A stretch of DNA of 55,723 nucleotides, counting the filler, from Platydemus manokwari (taxonomy: Eukaryota), in assembly GCA_037951405.1 (NCBI GenBank). It is 5 parts of 5 records of this genome, joined end to end, with 100 filler letters (N's around TTAATTAATTAA, not from the genome) between each part and the next. Parts side by side here need not be neighbours in the genome. Positions count along the whole stretch, not along the records: positions 26,259 to 36,859 come from JBBMOY011121218.1; positions 36,960 to 46,190 come from JBBMOY011279984.1; 3 more parts are not named here. One strand, written 5' to 3'. Position 1 is the first letter of the stretch. Every line of letters starts with the position of its first letter. The notes beneath the pieces were generated by a model, which saw only the letters and a program-made list of their open reading frames with translations, did no database searches and was not told where the DNA came from. This document shows, one piece after another, positions 26,337-39,230 of this stretch. Both the position numbers and the translations under genes were made by a program.

Positions 26337-29300
26337 TAAATTATGGTTCACACACAGGGATTTCCCAAGAATTTGAAAATTTGGAACTTAAATAACCTTG
26401 TCAAATAATTTTAGAATACGAAAAAATGTAAACGAAATACGGATAAATGAGATTCTGGATGAAGAAAAATAAAAAATCGAGATTATTGATAACAGACATA
26501 AATTCCGCTATGAAACAGATATTATAGAAGTAAATATTGAGATTTTAAAATCCAGAAGAAAATGTATAAAGCAAATAAGGAATCTGGTAAATAAAATCAA
26601 AATTTGAGGTAAATAATAATTAAAATATTAAGGGGTAATAAAAGCAATTTTGAAAAAAGCCAAATATTTCGGCAATAAAAATTATAAAATCTCACTCCAG
26701 AAATAAAGTATTAATTATAAAAATTATACATTAATTTTTTGATCAGGTTCTCTGAATATACAAAAACCTATCCGGTTTATTGTTATGGAGTTAACATAGT
26801 TTATATAAAATAATATTTAAAATATTAAAAATTTATTTTTAAGGAAAGCAACATTTAAATTATTATTATTAACCCAATATTTTTTTAATATTTAGATTTT
26901 AAAATATTATAATAAAATTCACACAATAATAATTTACGGAAATCAAAAATGGAAAATCCTAAATAAATTGGTTTATTTAAATTCTTTTATTCCTTATGAT
27001 TATGAATTGGAAATATTTTCTCACTAAATTTTGTAAATAAATTGGTTTTGTACTTTGTTCTTTAGATATAATAGCATCAGTAAATAGTTTTATATTGTCT
27101 CGTTTTCTAATATTTTTTATTTTTTTCTTGAGAAATGTATTATTCATTATTTTCCAAATATCTTTTTCAAAATCACTTGTTTCTTTAGTTCTTAGACTTG
27201 TATTTGATTCAATGTATTATTTCAATAATGATTAAACAATAATCTTACGTTTGCTCGTTTGAAGTGCTTTTAAATAAACAGTTTATTAAAATTTGTTTTA
27301 GGTAATTAATTTTGAAAATACCTTTTATAGAAATTTTAACCAGTTAGTTTATATTTATCTATAAATTATAGATTTACAAACAAATTATGTAATAAATATT
27401 TCTTTTGAACATTTTATATTACTCAAAAGAAAGCACCAGTCATTTCTTGTATGTGAATCAATAACTACTAAAACATTATTTTTATTCTTTAATTTATTTT
27501 CAGGCACTATAAAAGTGTCAACTTTATAAAAGGAGTTTTATTTTTACAAAAAAATATATAAAATAAATAAACAGGATGGCATTAAGTATAATATTTATTC
27601 AAAAACCTCATTTGCAATTCCTTATTGTATGTAATCTCTTTCAAATTAGAACCTTTTAATGTCTGAGTTGTCGTAATTGTCTATCTGTATCTAAATCAAT
27701 TTGTAGAATACGTTATGTACTTTTTGCTTCTTTAATTGACGACTGAGTTAATAATATGATTATTTTATTGTAAAAGGACTTTCAGAAAATAAATACGGTA
27801 AGTTAGGGAACAGATAATAGCGATATATAATTAGAAGAAGTAATATTTATTTTATTTATTAAACACTACTTACAAATGTATTCTCCATTTCTAGAGACAA
27901 TTTAAATAAAAACATGAAAATAATTTCAGTTTTGGGTTGTCATAAAATTCATTTTATCTATCACAAGTCACAAATATATTGATCTTTTAAGAAATCTAAT
28001 AAGTTATTCAATAAAGCGATCAAATATCTTCGAAATAATTTTAATAACCAGAATTGAAAGTGAATATTCAAACACTAGTGTGTATGCGTAATCGATATCA
28101 AAGTTAATTTTCAAGTCAAATATTTCGATTTCAAAATTCACAAAGCACCTCCAGAATATATTTAGAATGTAAATTATGAGCCCGCAACAACCCTCATATT
28201 TTGATGAATATAACAGTTTTTTAAAAAGCATAATTTTATTCGTATTTTGAAGTGAAGAATGGTAAAAGTTAGTTCATTGCAAATTATTATTTCAGATAAC
28301 AATTATAAACATAATAATATTTTTATAATAATTATTGAATATTTTTCCTGGTTATATTGTATCTCTTTTCTAGCTAATACATGATAATAATCACAATAGT
28401 AACTTACAATATCACTTATTATAGAAATATATTTTTAAATTATTATTGATGAACAGAAGCTTTTCGATGCATTTATTTCGCGTAGAATCTCAATTTATGA
28501 AGTTTATAGACAGTTTATAGACAGATAGATAGAGAGATAGATAACAAAATATTTATCGTTGATATAAAGGGGCATTATGATTGATTTAAATGCATCAAAT
28601 TTCCACACAAATATTACACGCTATAATCCATGTGAACTTCTTCATATTCTTTTATTAAACCATAAATTTATTTTAAAAACTGTAAATAAATATTTATTGC
28701 TTTCTCATTGGTGAAATTTATTTCAAAGAAAAGAAATATGTTTCCAATAGAAAAGAGATTGAATGACTTATTTATATTTCAATTGGAATGTCAAATTCAA
28801 TATTGAATGATTTGATGCGATGTGTTTAGTGTAATTCGTATGTTGATCAATACACGGAGAAATATATTTATCTTCGTATTGATGTCAAGTATTTTTTGTT
28901 GTTTATATTGTCCGAACAGTAATATCAAATCAATATTCAGAGGCTTATCTTATTCTGGATATTACTTGTAACAATGGCTAGAACATTTCAATGTTCGGAA
29001 AAGATTGAATGTTAGTTTATCGATTTATTTTAGATTAGATTGTTGGTGTTATTGATTTATTAGGTAAAAAGAAATCAGATATGACAATCATTGATACTTG
29101 TGAAAAGTGTTGCTCACGTCAATGTTCACAGGTGGCACAAACAGTTGCTTTTATATGTTTGTGATAGAAATATATTGGTCAATTTTTTATTGACAAGAAT
29201 AATTTTTGTACTACGAAGCATTAAATTGAAATATATGACACCTGCGGTTTTCTCATTGTTTTATTGTAATTTTTATTTATGGAATTAAAATTTATATCTT

Positions 29301-29789
29301 AATTTGATTTTAAAAATATAATTGTTTTTAAATTAAATTTTATGATTCTTTTAATCGATAATTAATGCTCATTATGAAAAGATGTCATTTATATTTTCAA
29401 ATCGTGTTATTGAATTAACTGTTTCATTAAATATTTACTTCAATTTGAAAAAAGAACTATAGTGAGTGTTAGTAGCAGCTTTCAACAAAAGAAATCATTA
29501 TTACAATTTTCTAAATTTTATTTAATAACAAATTTCGGGCGAAATTACTTAAATGACTTTATTTAAAAAAATTAAAAATAAATGATATTTTAAAATATTA
29601 ATCTCCATAATTTATTAAATTATTTAAAATCCTAATTGAAAGGTTTTTATTTCAAATTATTTCAATTGAATTAATTCTCACAATGGGCTTTATATCATTT
29701 TTTTATCTTTCCTTTCTCGTTTTTTTTGAAATCCTTTTTATCCAATCAAATCTTTAAGGTTTTCGCTGCCCCTGGAAATCAAGAAGAAC

Positions 29790-30430
29790 TTGATGTGGAC
29801 ATAAAAATTTCAAAATTCTGTAAGGACCTTCATATCGATCTCCGTTTTTCGTTATCCTATGCATTCTTTCTTCACTAAAACTTTCTTTCTAGCTGGTTTT
29901 CTGTTTCTTTGAAGATCTTCGTGATAGCTTGGTTCATTTAGTCGTAATTCATGTATATTAATTCTTCGTCCAAACAATATTTCAAAAAGAGAATGTTGAA
30001 TTGAACTTTAATATGTTGCATTGACTATGAATTCTATTCGCAGTTTTAATTTATCCCAAGCCTGTTTCACTAATGACATCGTTATTACCACCATGTCTCG
30101 CACAGTCCTAATCATTTTTTTGGCTATTTACTTGATGTTGGTATGGAATTGTTAATTCTTGTTTTATTACAAAACGTATTGCTAATTATTTCATTTCCCT
30201 TTCTTTGAAGACTCTACGTCGATCAGTAAGCATTGAATTTCGGCCAACCATACCTATAGATCCATTTATCGATGATAGTCTTCGAAATACCTGTTTCATT
30301 TTATCGAATATCTGCACCAACAAATAACGGGTGTTAGTCGTACATTTCGCAATTGCGTAACATCAACAACGATCTGTTCCAGAGGCCAAGGCACATTCTG
30401 AGAATCATAATCTCTTAATCTAGAATTACA
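29790..30430 (-). mobile_element. Ty3/Gypsy integrase remnant
   Basis: PWPLEQIVVDV, IKQELTIPYQHQ, MIRTVRDM, RIEFIVNAT, SLFEILFGRRIN; frameshifted. Confidence 0.75.
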
Positions 30431-30584
30431 TGCAGATTCTTTTTTTTTTATCAGGATATCGTATGTTGATATCTATTATCGCTAATTCATTTGTTGTGTA
30501 TACATCATACCTATCTTTTTGGATCCTTTTTAATAAATCTGTATTTAAAATATTATTTATTTTTAGTAATCTCAGGGTATAACT

Positions 30585-30720
30585 AAAGGGTATGTGAAAA
30601 ATGATTTTTTTATTGGTAAAAAAGGAGGGTATGTGAAAAAAGTTTGTTTTATTTATAAAAGCGAGAAAGGGGAATGTGAAAAATGTTTTTTATAATTTTT
30701 CGAAAACGAGGGTAACTCTA
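30585..30720. repeat. Degenerate ~40-bp tandem repeat, 3-4 units
   Basis: Core GGGTATGTGAAAAA near 30588 and 30627, GGGGAATGTGAAAAA near 30669, partial GAGGGTAA near 30708. Confidence 0.6.
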
Positions 30721-31989
30721 TATTTTTATTTTTGGATTTTAAAAAGGGGAGGGGGAACCTATTTTTAATTTTTTTGGAGTGTGGTCTATGAAACTGCTTC
30801 TTACTACAGTTTTTTATTAAATTTATTACGATTTTATTCAAAATATTATTCAATTTTAATGTTCAAATTATAAAAAATATTTTATTATCCATTTATTTAT
30901 GATTGTTGGAGAACCTTAACACTCGAGCGGAACGTTTTATATCCATGTCCTCATGCTTTGATTTGTTGCTGATAATTTCTCATTGCTATGATATTTTTCT
31001 CTTGTTTCTGTTCTTGTAAAAAACAAAATTATAATTGACCGAAAATTTCATTATTAAAGTAAATTTTCAAAATAATTATACAACATAATATTCAGAAGAA
31101 ATTTTTATCATTAATAAATTTGGTAAAGGAAAATTTGTAATTTATAAATGAATTGTTTCAAATAGTTAAGAAATTCTTGACATGTTTTATCAAAATGATT
31201 TAAACAAATGTTATCTTTCAATCGTAATAACTAAAGTTGAAATAATTGTTAGTATTCAAATGCGTTGAAAATTTATTTTTGATACACTAAATATTCAATG
31301 ATGAATAATATTAGATCACGAATCTGTTATCCGATTTGAAATACGAATAATATTCGATAAGATTTTCGAATTTTTTGCTTCAAGAATATAAACTGAAAAT
31401 ATTAATAATAATAATCTATTTATAATAATAAGTAGTTTGTTTATTAAAGTAAATTTAATCAACATTTAAAAATATGAAACAGATTTTATTTATTATCGTC
31501 ACAGCTCATCGGATTTATATTTTCATATTTATCTCTTTGAATACAATGAGTAGACGATTGTTTGTTTTGCTATCATAACAAATGATATAGCTATTCTTAA
31601 AGTGAGTCTTTGTTTCAACAGAATTATCATTAATCGTAATTATTTTTTACAAAACACAATAAATGAGAAATAACGGGATAACTGTGAAATCCCAATAACG
31701 AAAAGAGAAAAAATAAAATAAATCTAAACAATTGTAATTACGTGATAAAATATTGATAAAAATGTGCTGGTAAAAGACCAAGACATGTATTAAAACTCGT
31801 TTAAGATGAAAATATAGAAACATAAAAATCATATTGATGCAGTAGAAATTCAGTCACCAATCTCTGGAAATATTTTCATCATTATTAACAAGATTATTTC
31901 TCACCAAGCTTTTATCGGAATTATATTTTCGTTTGTTTATATATCTCGTTTGTTTACCGACAGCTTTTTGGATGCTTATCCCGCATTCC

Positions 31990-33900
31990 ATGGTATTTTA
32001 CATGAATCCCTCCAAGTTTTTCCACTTTAATAATCTTTGCCATCATCATTAATAAATGTTAGTATTATTATGAACATTACATTGTCTTCGTTCGAGAATT
32101 TCTCATCTATCTAGGAAGATTTCGTTATTTTAAATCTTTTGAATTGATGCACAAATCATGCCTGGAAAGATTATGATTTTGTTATTTGAAATCAAATTTT
32201 AAATACATTAGATCTTAAAAACTTCTAAAATTTGATTATTTGTAAAAATGGAAAGGTCGAATTGCAATTTTGAAACTTTGCGAGAATCCCTTTTTAACAT
32301 TAAAATCCAATTGTGAGATATTATCAATTTTTACAATCATTTTATAAAAATAAACAATGATATTGTGACTCACATCTGTATGAACATTGATCTTCCGCTC
32401 GTAGATTATCTCGAAAGACGAGAACTTCGTTGTTGATTGATGTGTTGAGTTGATGCAGAACTCTATCCTCGGCAACTATTCAGCCTAATTTTTCTCTTGG
32501 CTGTTACCCTTTAAAGTAGCTGTTCTTATATATCGTACCGTGCTGATGACTCTTTCCGCTAGCACGTTCGATTGATGCTAGTATGGTGAGTTGAATTCTT
32601 GTTTAAAATCAATTTTAAACGCGCCTTTCTATTAATCCTTGATGAATCGCATGTAATAGTTTGTCAGCCTTAAAAATGATCGAAGTTTGCTCGTACACTG
32701 TGGTACTGGGGTATCTCATATCTGTTCGATTTTGTCGTACTTAGTCTGTGTGCTCTTAGTACTGACTGCGTGGCCTAAAAATCTCACTTCATCTTTGATT
32801 TACTTTCACACCCGACTCTTGAATTCCTCGAAACACGGCTTCCAGGAAATCATCATGCTCTCGCTGAGTTTTTCCGTATATTAAATCCAAGCACTCTTGC
32901 ATGGTTTTATTACTCCTATTTCGAGAAGTTTTTATCAAGTCTTCAATTTTTGCTTCTAAGTGCATTGGCTGTCTTCTGAGATTGTGTGAAATAGGATTTC
33001 CGGTTATTATAATATCGTGAACAACTATTTTGGTTCTGCCTAAATACAATTTCGAAGCCATAAAAATATTTCCGTATTCTTTGATTAGTCCGTTAATTAT
33101 GCCCGAGTTACCATTTTTTATCGTTTCCATTGCGTGCTACAATCTTTCCTCGTAAGTATATTTGTCGTTAAATTGTGATGAATCAATTTCGATCCCCTCT
33201 TTCAGCTGAATCTCAAAAGCATTCACCGTGTCAACACATCCAATAAAATCAAGACAAATTCTTTTTGCTATCACAACCCTAATGTTTCTTTACTTTCCTT
33301 TCAACTCGTTGAATACACTCCGCTAAGCGTAACCAAACTATCTTTCAATTTTAGGCTTCCCACATTCTTCCAATAGTTCTCGCTTAAAACTGTGATAGAT
33401 GATCCCGAATCCCACAACATCTCTACTTCAGCTCTGTTGATCAATGTTTTCCTCCACACTCTAGCGTCGTCCTTGATTTTCTATCTCGTGCATTACTGGG
33501 TCTTCAATTGGATCAAATTGCTCCTCGATCTCCTCCGGAATACATAAAATTTACCTTCTACTTTGTGTCTGGTACCTTGTCTTAGGTTGCATGATCTGAA
33601 ATGATGGCCTTCTTGTTCGCATATTAAACATTTGTGCCTTAATGAGCACAGGCTTCTGAAGTGTCCGCTTTCTCCTCAGCAGAAGCAATTGTCTCCGCGC
33701 AAGCGTTCTTCTTTTGGGCCTGGGATGCCTCGACACTTATTGTAAAATTTCTTGGCTATGTATTTCATCGACTAAACTGGTTTCTCTCTACCTGAAGCGA
33801 GCTTCCGCTCTAAAGCTATGGGATCGTGGATCTGTGTTCAGATCAAATGTGGTGGTTTATAGTTTATGGACTCGTTATTTTCTCGTTATAATCAGTTGAT
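31990..33900 (-). mobile_element. Internally deleted Ty3/Gypsy element (gag knuckles, protease, partial RT, integrase tail)
   Basis: Two CCHC knuckles (CFC*GESGHFRSLC; CLICEQEGHHFRSC), protease motif MLWDSGSSITVL, pre-RT LGRTKIVVHDIIITGNPI, LRSFLRLTNYYMRFIKD and integrase HQSNVLAERVISTVR...LPRIEFCINST...SSFEIIY, all within ~1.9 kb. Confidence 0.88.
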
Positions 33901-35066
33901 ATCAAGGACCTATCAAAGAAAAATAGCGAATAAAACTAAATCGAAATGAAACTGAGGATTAAGAACAATATTTGGTTTAATATGTGTTTAATAGAATTCG
34001 GCCCAATTTTTATGGTGTCTTGGTTTGATTTAAAACTAACGGATTTGGTGAAGCAGGAGAATCCAGAAGGCAACGAATAAATTTATAATGCAAAAGTCGC
34101 AGGTTGATTGAATATCTAATTTAAATAATTGTCATAACACCTTGCAAGTAATTTAGGATATCTCCTTTAGTTCCAAAGAAAGATGTATATTTCTCTCAAC
34201 GATAGATTTAGGCTTTGCGTTCTAATCATTCATGGTTTCTTAACGACATATAGTAACATCTACCTAGTACCACCAAACGCACAACTGGATTTATTGAATT
34301 CAAGGGTTTCGCATTTAGTTGTAATTTCTTTTGAGAACCTAACTAAGCTTTTTTGTGTTTCAAATTAATTTACAAGCACCAATTGTCATCATATGTTACA
34401 ATCGTTGGGCGGAAACAGTTGTGTTTTAACAATTCGGTGGCTTGTCCTAGTCAAAGTATGGATTGATGAAGATCAATATGGATTATTTGATTCAAGCTGT
34501 CAAATTTCGAAAACCACTGTTGCGTTCTTCGTTTGCTGTTAGTTTTCAACATATAAACGCAACAAATCATTCTGGTGGCTTCTGCAGTGTTTAAGTGTTG
34601 ATTTAAATAGAAAATGATTAGGTACCAGTTTCTATTTTATCTACCATTTTAATAAAGATTAAAAATGTGATAGTTAGTCTGAAATTATTTAAATGGATAT
34701 TTCAGCTGAATGGATATAACTAGAATCAGTTAAAATAAGAAGTTAGTGTGTTTTCTTTGCAACAAATAAAAGCTCACGAATTTATGCACCAACCGAATAG
34801 TAGCAAAACCAATTTAATTTACTAGTTTTATATACATTAAACTTTATATAAATCCTTTATAAGAAATTCTAGTAATAATCAATAGTATTTGAAAAATTGG
34901 TATTGATTTCATGATACTATGTTTATTAAAGTTTCATAAACATCGGTTATTTAAAAAGCTCTTCATTCATATCGATCAATATGTGTGAGATCGATATATT
35001 TGGTCATGGGTTTGTCAAATTGCATTCGATATTTATTTCATTTATTTTGCTTAATAATATTTAAAG

Positions 35067-35512
35067 GCTTTAATTTAGATCATTTATGTAGATTACCTAA
35101 AGCTCATGAGATAATAAACCATTTAATGAAAAATAATGCCTGGTTAGGTATTGAATCCGCAAAATATTCGTGCAAATTTCAAGGTACTCTTCATTCTGTA
35201 AGTAATAAAAACGCCGCCATTGGCAATTGAAGATACAAAAAGATCACAGATAATTGTACCAAAATGGGACAATATTAGAAAATATCTACTTGATTTAAAA
35301 CTCAATAGTTACATGAAATCAGAGAAAAGAGAGAGTTCCAAGTTTACTGTTGAAAAACATTCTACTGAAGTGTTCGTCTCTTTCATGAAATTTCGTTTTT
35401 TATAACTTAATATTTTACCCTTTGAAATCAAAATAATAATGTGTGTTTATTAAAATTAGTAATATACCTAATGTTCATTTTATCGAAGCTAAAATATGGA
35501 AATTATTATTGC

Positions 35513-35590
<78 letters not shown>

Positions 35591-35797
35591 GGACTGTTCA
35601 AGCTTGAATAGTTTTAAATGCCGTATCACACATGCATAAAATATTTTATTATCAACAAAAAGATGTGTTAATCTCATTTGATTATAAAAAAATGTATTAA
35701 AATTTATGGTAAGCGTACAAAATCGTGGATTTGTGTTAGAATCGTACTTACCATTACTAAGAGAGGTCTATGCGACTTACGGTCCAAAGAAAGGTGA
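35067..35797 (+). CDS. Putative exons of an unidentified gene
   Basis: ORFs 34985.. and 35220.. are joined in frame by a 52-nt gtaagt...cacag intron (35198-35249). A possible third exon follows gttag at 35740. No family recognised and outer boundaries are uncertain. Confidence 0.35.
35514..35590. repeat. (ATT)~25 microsatellite
   Basis: Perfect run; it produces the poly-Ile ORF 35489..35677. Confidence 0.95.
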
Positions 35798-36859
35798 AGA
35801 ATGTGAAGGATAGAGAACTAAGACATTTATTATATCATATATTTAATATTTTAAATCTTCTTCATGAATTAGTAAATAACTAATTATATTTATTATCAAA
35901 AGCAAAATCCAACATCGTCACTCAAGACCTATAATATATCCACAAAATATTAAATTATTTTTTCAAGATTGTGATATTTTTAAACAATCTTTGCAAATTA
36001 TCAACATAAACTATATTCTAATCCAACATTCTAAAAAGAATATCCTATTTACTAAAATTTTGTTATATCATATTTCCTTCGTTTTGCAAAGACATGGGTA
36101 GTTAGTTATAACAAAAATTACATTGGAGGCATTTAACAGTGAAATTAGCCAATAAAAATACCGATTATTGCAAAACCACAATGGATATTTCAAACTTTAT
36201 AATTCACTCAATTCATTTTATAAGGATGCATACAATAACGCAATTTTTATTAATCTGATAGCAATGTTTTGTAGCCACGAACCAGATAATAATCACATAA
36301 AAAAATTACTTATAATGTTATTGTGGCTATGGTAAAATCTTCCTAATAATATCCACATTACTATAAATAATGGTTTAATAAAACTATAATCATGACAACA
36401 ACTATTATTAATAATGTTTTAAATGATGAAAAATTATATTTCTCTTGTTCATTAAAAGTATAGGAAAAATAATATTTTCTTTTAAAATTATATTTTACAA
36501 TAACAAATGCATTTTGTAAAACAAGTTTGCATTTATCTCTTTTAGTTAACTGATAATCTTTTTTAAAACAATAAAGTAGTTAGGTAATATGCATATTGTT
36601 AGATAAATTTAATGTAGTCACAATATAGATTATTTGTAAGATTTCTGTTGGTATTTTATAGGATTGTTCGTGCGGACAAAAATTGCCTTTAGCTTAATTG
36701 AAGTCATATTGTTATATCACCCATATAAACAATTTCTATTTTTATGTTATGTATAGATTTTCGGTCACAAATATCTCATATATATTTAATTTGTAATAAA
36801 AAAATTGATCTTATTTGAAATTAAATTGCGAAGGATTGGTAAAAGAAAGTTAAATTAGA

Positions 36860-36959
36860 NNNNNNNNNNNNNNNNNNNNNNNNNNNNNNNNNNNNNNNNN
36901 NNNTTAATTAATTAANNNNNNNNNNNNNNNNNNNNNNNNNNNNNNNNNNNNNNNNNNNN
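36860..36959. other. Artificial contig spacer / assembly gap
   Basis: Same 44N-12-44N structure. Confidence 0.97.
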
Positions 36960-37559
36960 GTTATTATTACTGTTTATTTCATGTTTTTTCTACCTTTAGA
37001 TCGATCATTATTATTTATTCTCCTTCATTTATTCTGATAATATACAAAAATAACTTTTCAGATTGAATATATGCATTGAAAATATTTTAAAACACTATTG
37101 ATTGCTCTATTGGAAAATAAACAGATATTGATTAAAGGGAAAATAAAATAAAAATCTAATATTGACGAAATTTAAAATGCTTTTAAGCATACAAAACAAC
37201 ATCAATGATCGTTGATTACCAATTGTCATAAAATACAAAACACTATGGCCATCGTTTAAGTTTATTGAAATTGTAATATCATTATAATTTTCCAATCTGT
37301 ATTCATTTGACGTTTACTTGGATCACAACTGAAAAATTCTCAACTATTTTGAAATAAATTTTCGATTGGAATCAAATAAGATCAACTTGATGATTACTTC
37401 AGTACAGGTTTTGTAGGATTCGCATTAAAGCCAATGATTTCAGTTGTATTTGGGTGTCGAAAGATTGAGTTGTCACTGAAATTCGAAATGTTTTGTATTT
37501 ATATATACGATGTGTGTATAAACGATCTCTAAATTTTATATTAAGACAAATAATAAAAT

Positions 37560-38480
37560 GACTGCAAACGACGATGCTTCAATTTATTAAATGTTGTAGC
37601 CTACGTCTTGGTCGTTCTTCGTTTGTGGAAATTACTGCACTCATCATCATTCCGCTTTTTTCCAAACCAGGTCTTTCAATTTTATTCCAACACTTTTCAT
37701 TTGTGATGCTCACTAAAGAACTTTAGTCCCACAGCATCTAGCTAAAATAATTCTCCATTCTCTTTCGTATTTCTTCTGTAAATAATGCTTGTTATTATCA
37801 TCACTTCCTTTGGTCTTATCTCTCAGACGAAATATAAGCAATGCGGTGGTCCTGGTTTTTTCGATTATCAATCTCGTGCATTATCTGTTCATCATCACCA
37901 TTGTCTTGACTTCCAATTTCGTTAAGCATGCATAAAATTCGAGTTTCAAAAAGCATTTGATAATCACAAAAAACATGTCTTCCTTGTTCGCATACTACAC
38001 ATTTGTTTCTTAATGCACACTGATCGAGTTGTAATCTTTTGTCTTTTGGTTACGGCGAATTGCATTTTTTATTGTATAATTTCCTGTCGAAAAAAAGTTG
38101 TTCACATCTTTGGTAAGATTGCGAACCGTTTTGAATTTGTATATTTTACATTGTTTTCGACATTTGCTTCTGCGTTTCTTATCAAATATTTTATTCGTTG
38201 TGAAACTCCTGTACTTTCAAAATACTGTTGATCAAAATTATTTCCTGCAATTTGAGAATAAGTTTGTTTCTGTATCCTAATTGTATCTGCAACCAAAGAT
38301 ACGTGACGAGATATTTCTTAGATTTCATAAATCTGGACTTGTCAAAAGGGTTTCCTTGAGACTTATAATTCAAATAATATCTCTAACAATAGTTTCACAC
38401 GTCATGTCAATGAGGTCAGTGGTGGTTGTCGTGGTATAGTTTACTTGGCGCGAATGAGCGTCAGCGTTTGATCTTTAATT
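37560..38480 (-). mobile_element. Decayed gag-like coding remnant, probably retroelement-derived
   Basis: Higher GC than flanks, broken reading frames, and a knuckle-like CVVCEQGRHVFC motif near 37965-38005. Confidence 0.35.
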
Positions 38481-39089
38481 ATAAATACGGGTGTGACTTT
38501 ACTATCTTTTCGCACATTTATTGAGTATATTATTGTTGAAACTGATCGAAGGAGTAACTTGAGGTCGAGTAAGTAGTGGAGGATCCTCTGTTTATTGGAA
38601 ATCTTTATATAAAAACATTATTAATATTGTTTTGATTGCTGACATGAAATAGATTGTCACTATTTCTTTCTCTGTAGAAGCCGAAAAGGAAACCAGCGTA
38701 AATTGCGCGAAGACTAAGGTTTTTATTTGGTAATGCTAGTGTTGTCATTGTTCATGTTCAGGTTATGGATCCTCTGGTTTCTTCATGTGTTCTAACTTGT
38801 ACAGAGAATCCCGTATATAATTTTCTTCATTTCTCTGTGTTGAAAATTGGTTGGATTATATTTTGTAGACTTAAGGCCTCAGTATAATTACAACATTTGT
38901 AAAAATGAGTTGATAGTACTTTATAATTTATTAATTTCAACGTCTTTAACTTAATCTGGACTATAAAGAAACAAAATGTTGTTGCTATGGTAATAACTCA
39001 TATCATGTAAAACATTATCTAATAAATACATATCAAAATGATATTATGAATTATCGAATAATTTAAACGATGAGACAACAAAATATATT

Positions 39090-39230
39090 TCGTTAATATT
39101 AGACGATATACTTTATTGTAACAGTATAAGCACCATCGAGTAAAAGGTAGAAGACGTACCGCTTTGGTGGTCGGACAAGCCTATCCATCTTTGGCTAAAG
39201 AGACTTACTGAAATTGAAACATATTAAATT
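39090..39230 (+). mobile_element. Short hAT dimerisation-domain remnant
   Basis: EDVPLWW then, after a frameshift, QAYPSLAKE, matching the PL.WW......YP.LAK.A pattern. Confidence 0.3.

Noticed and set aside
30585-30720. Repeat-spacer pattern as a CRISPR-like array
   Set aside because: Eukaryotic context, only 3-4 degenerate units, low-complexity spacers and no cas genes.
35489-35677. Poly-isoleucine ORF
   Set aside because: Translation of the (ATT)n microsatellite.
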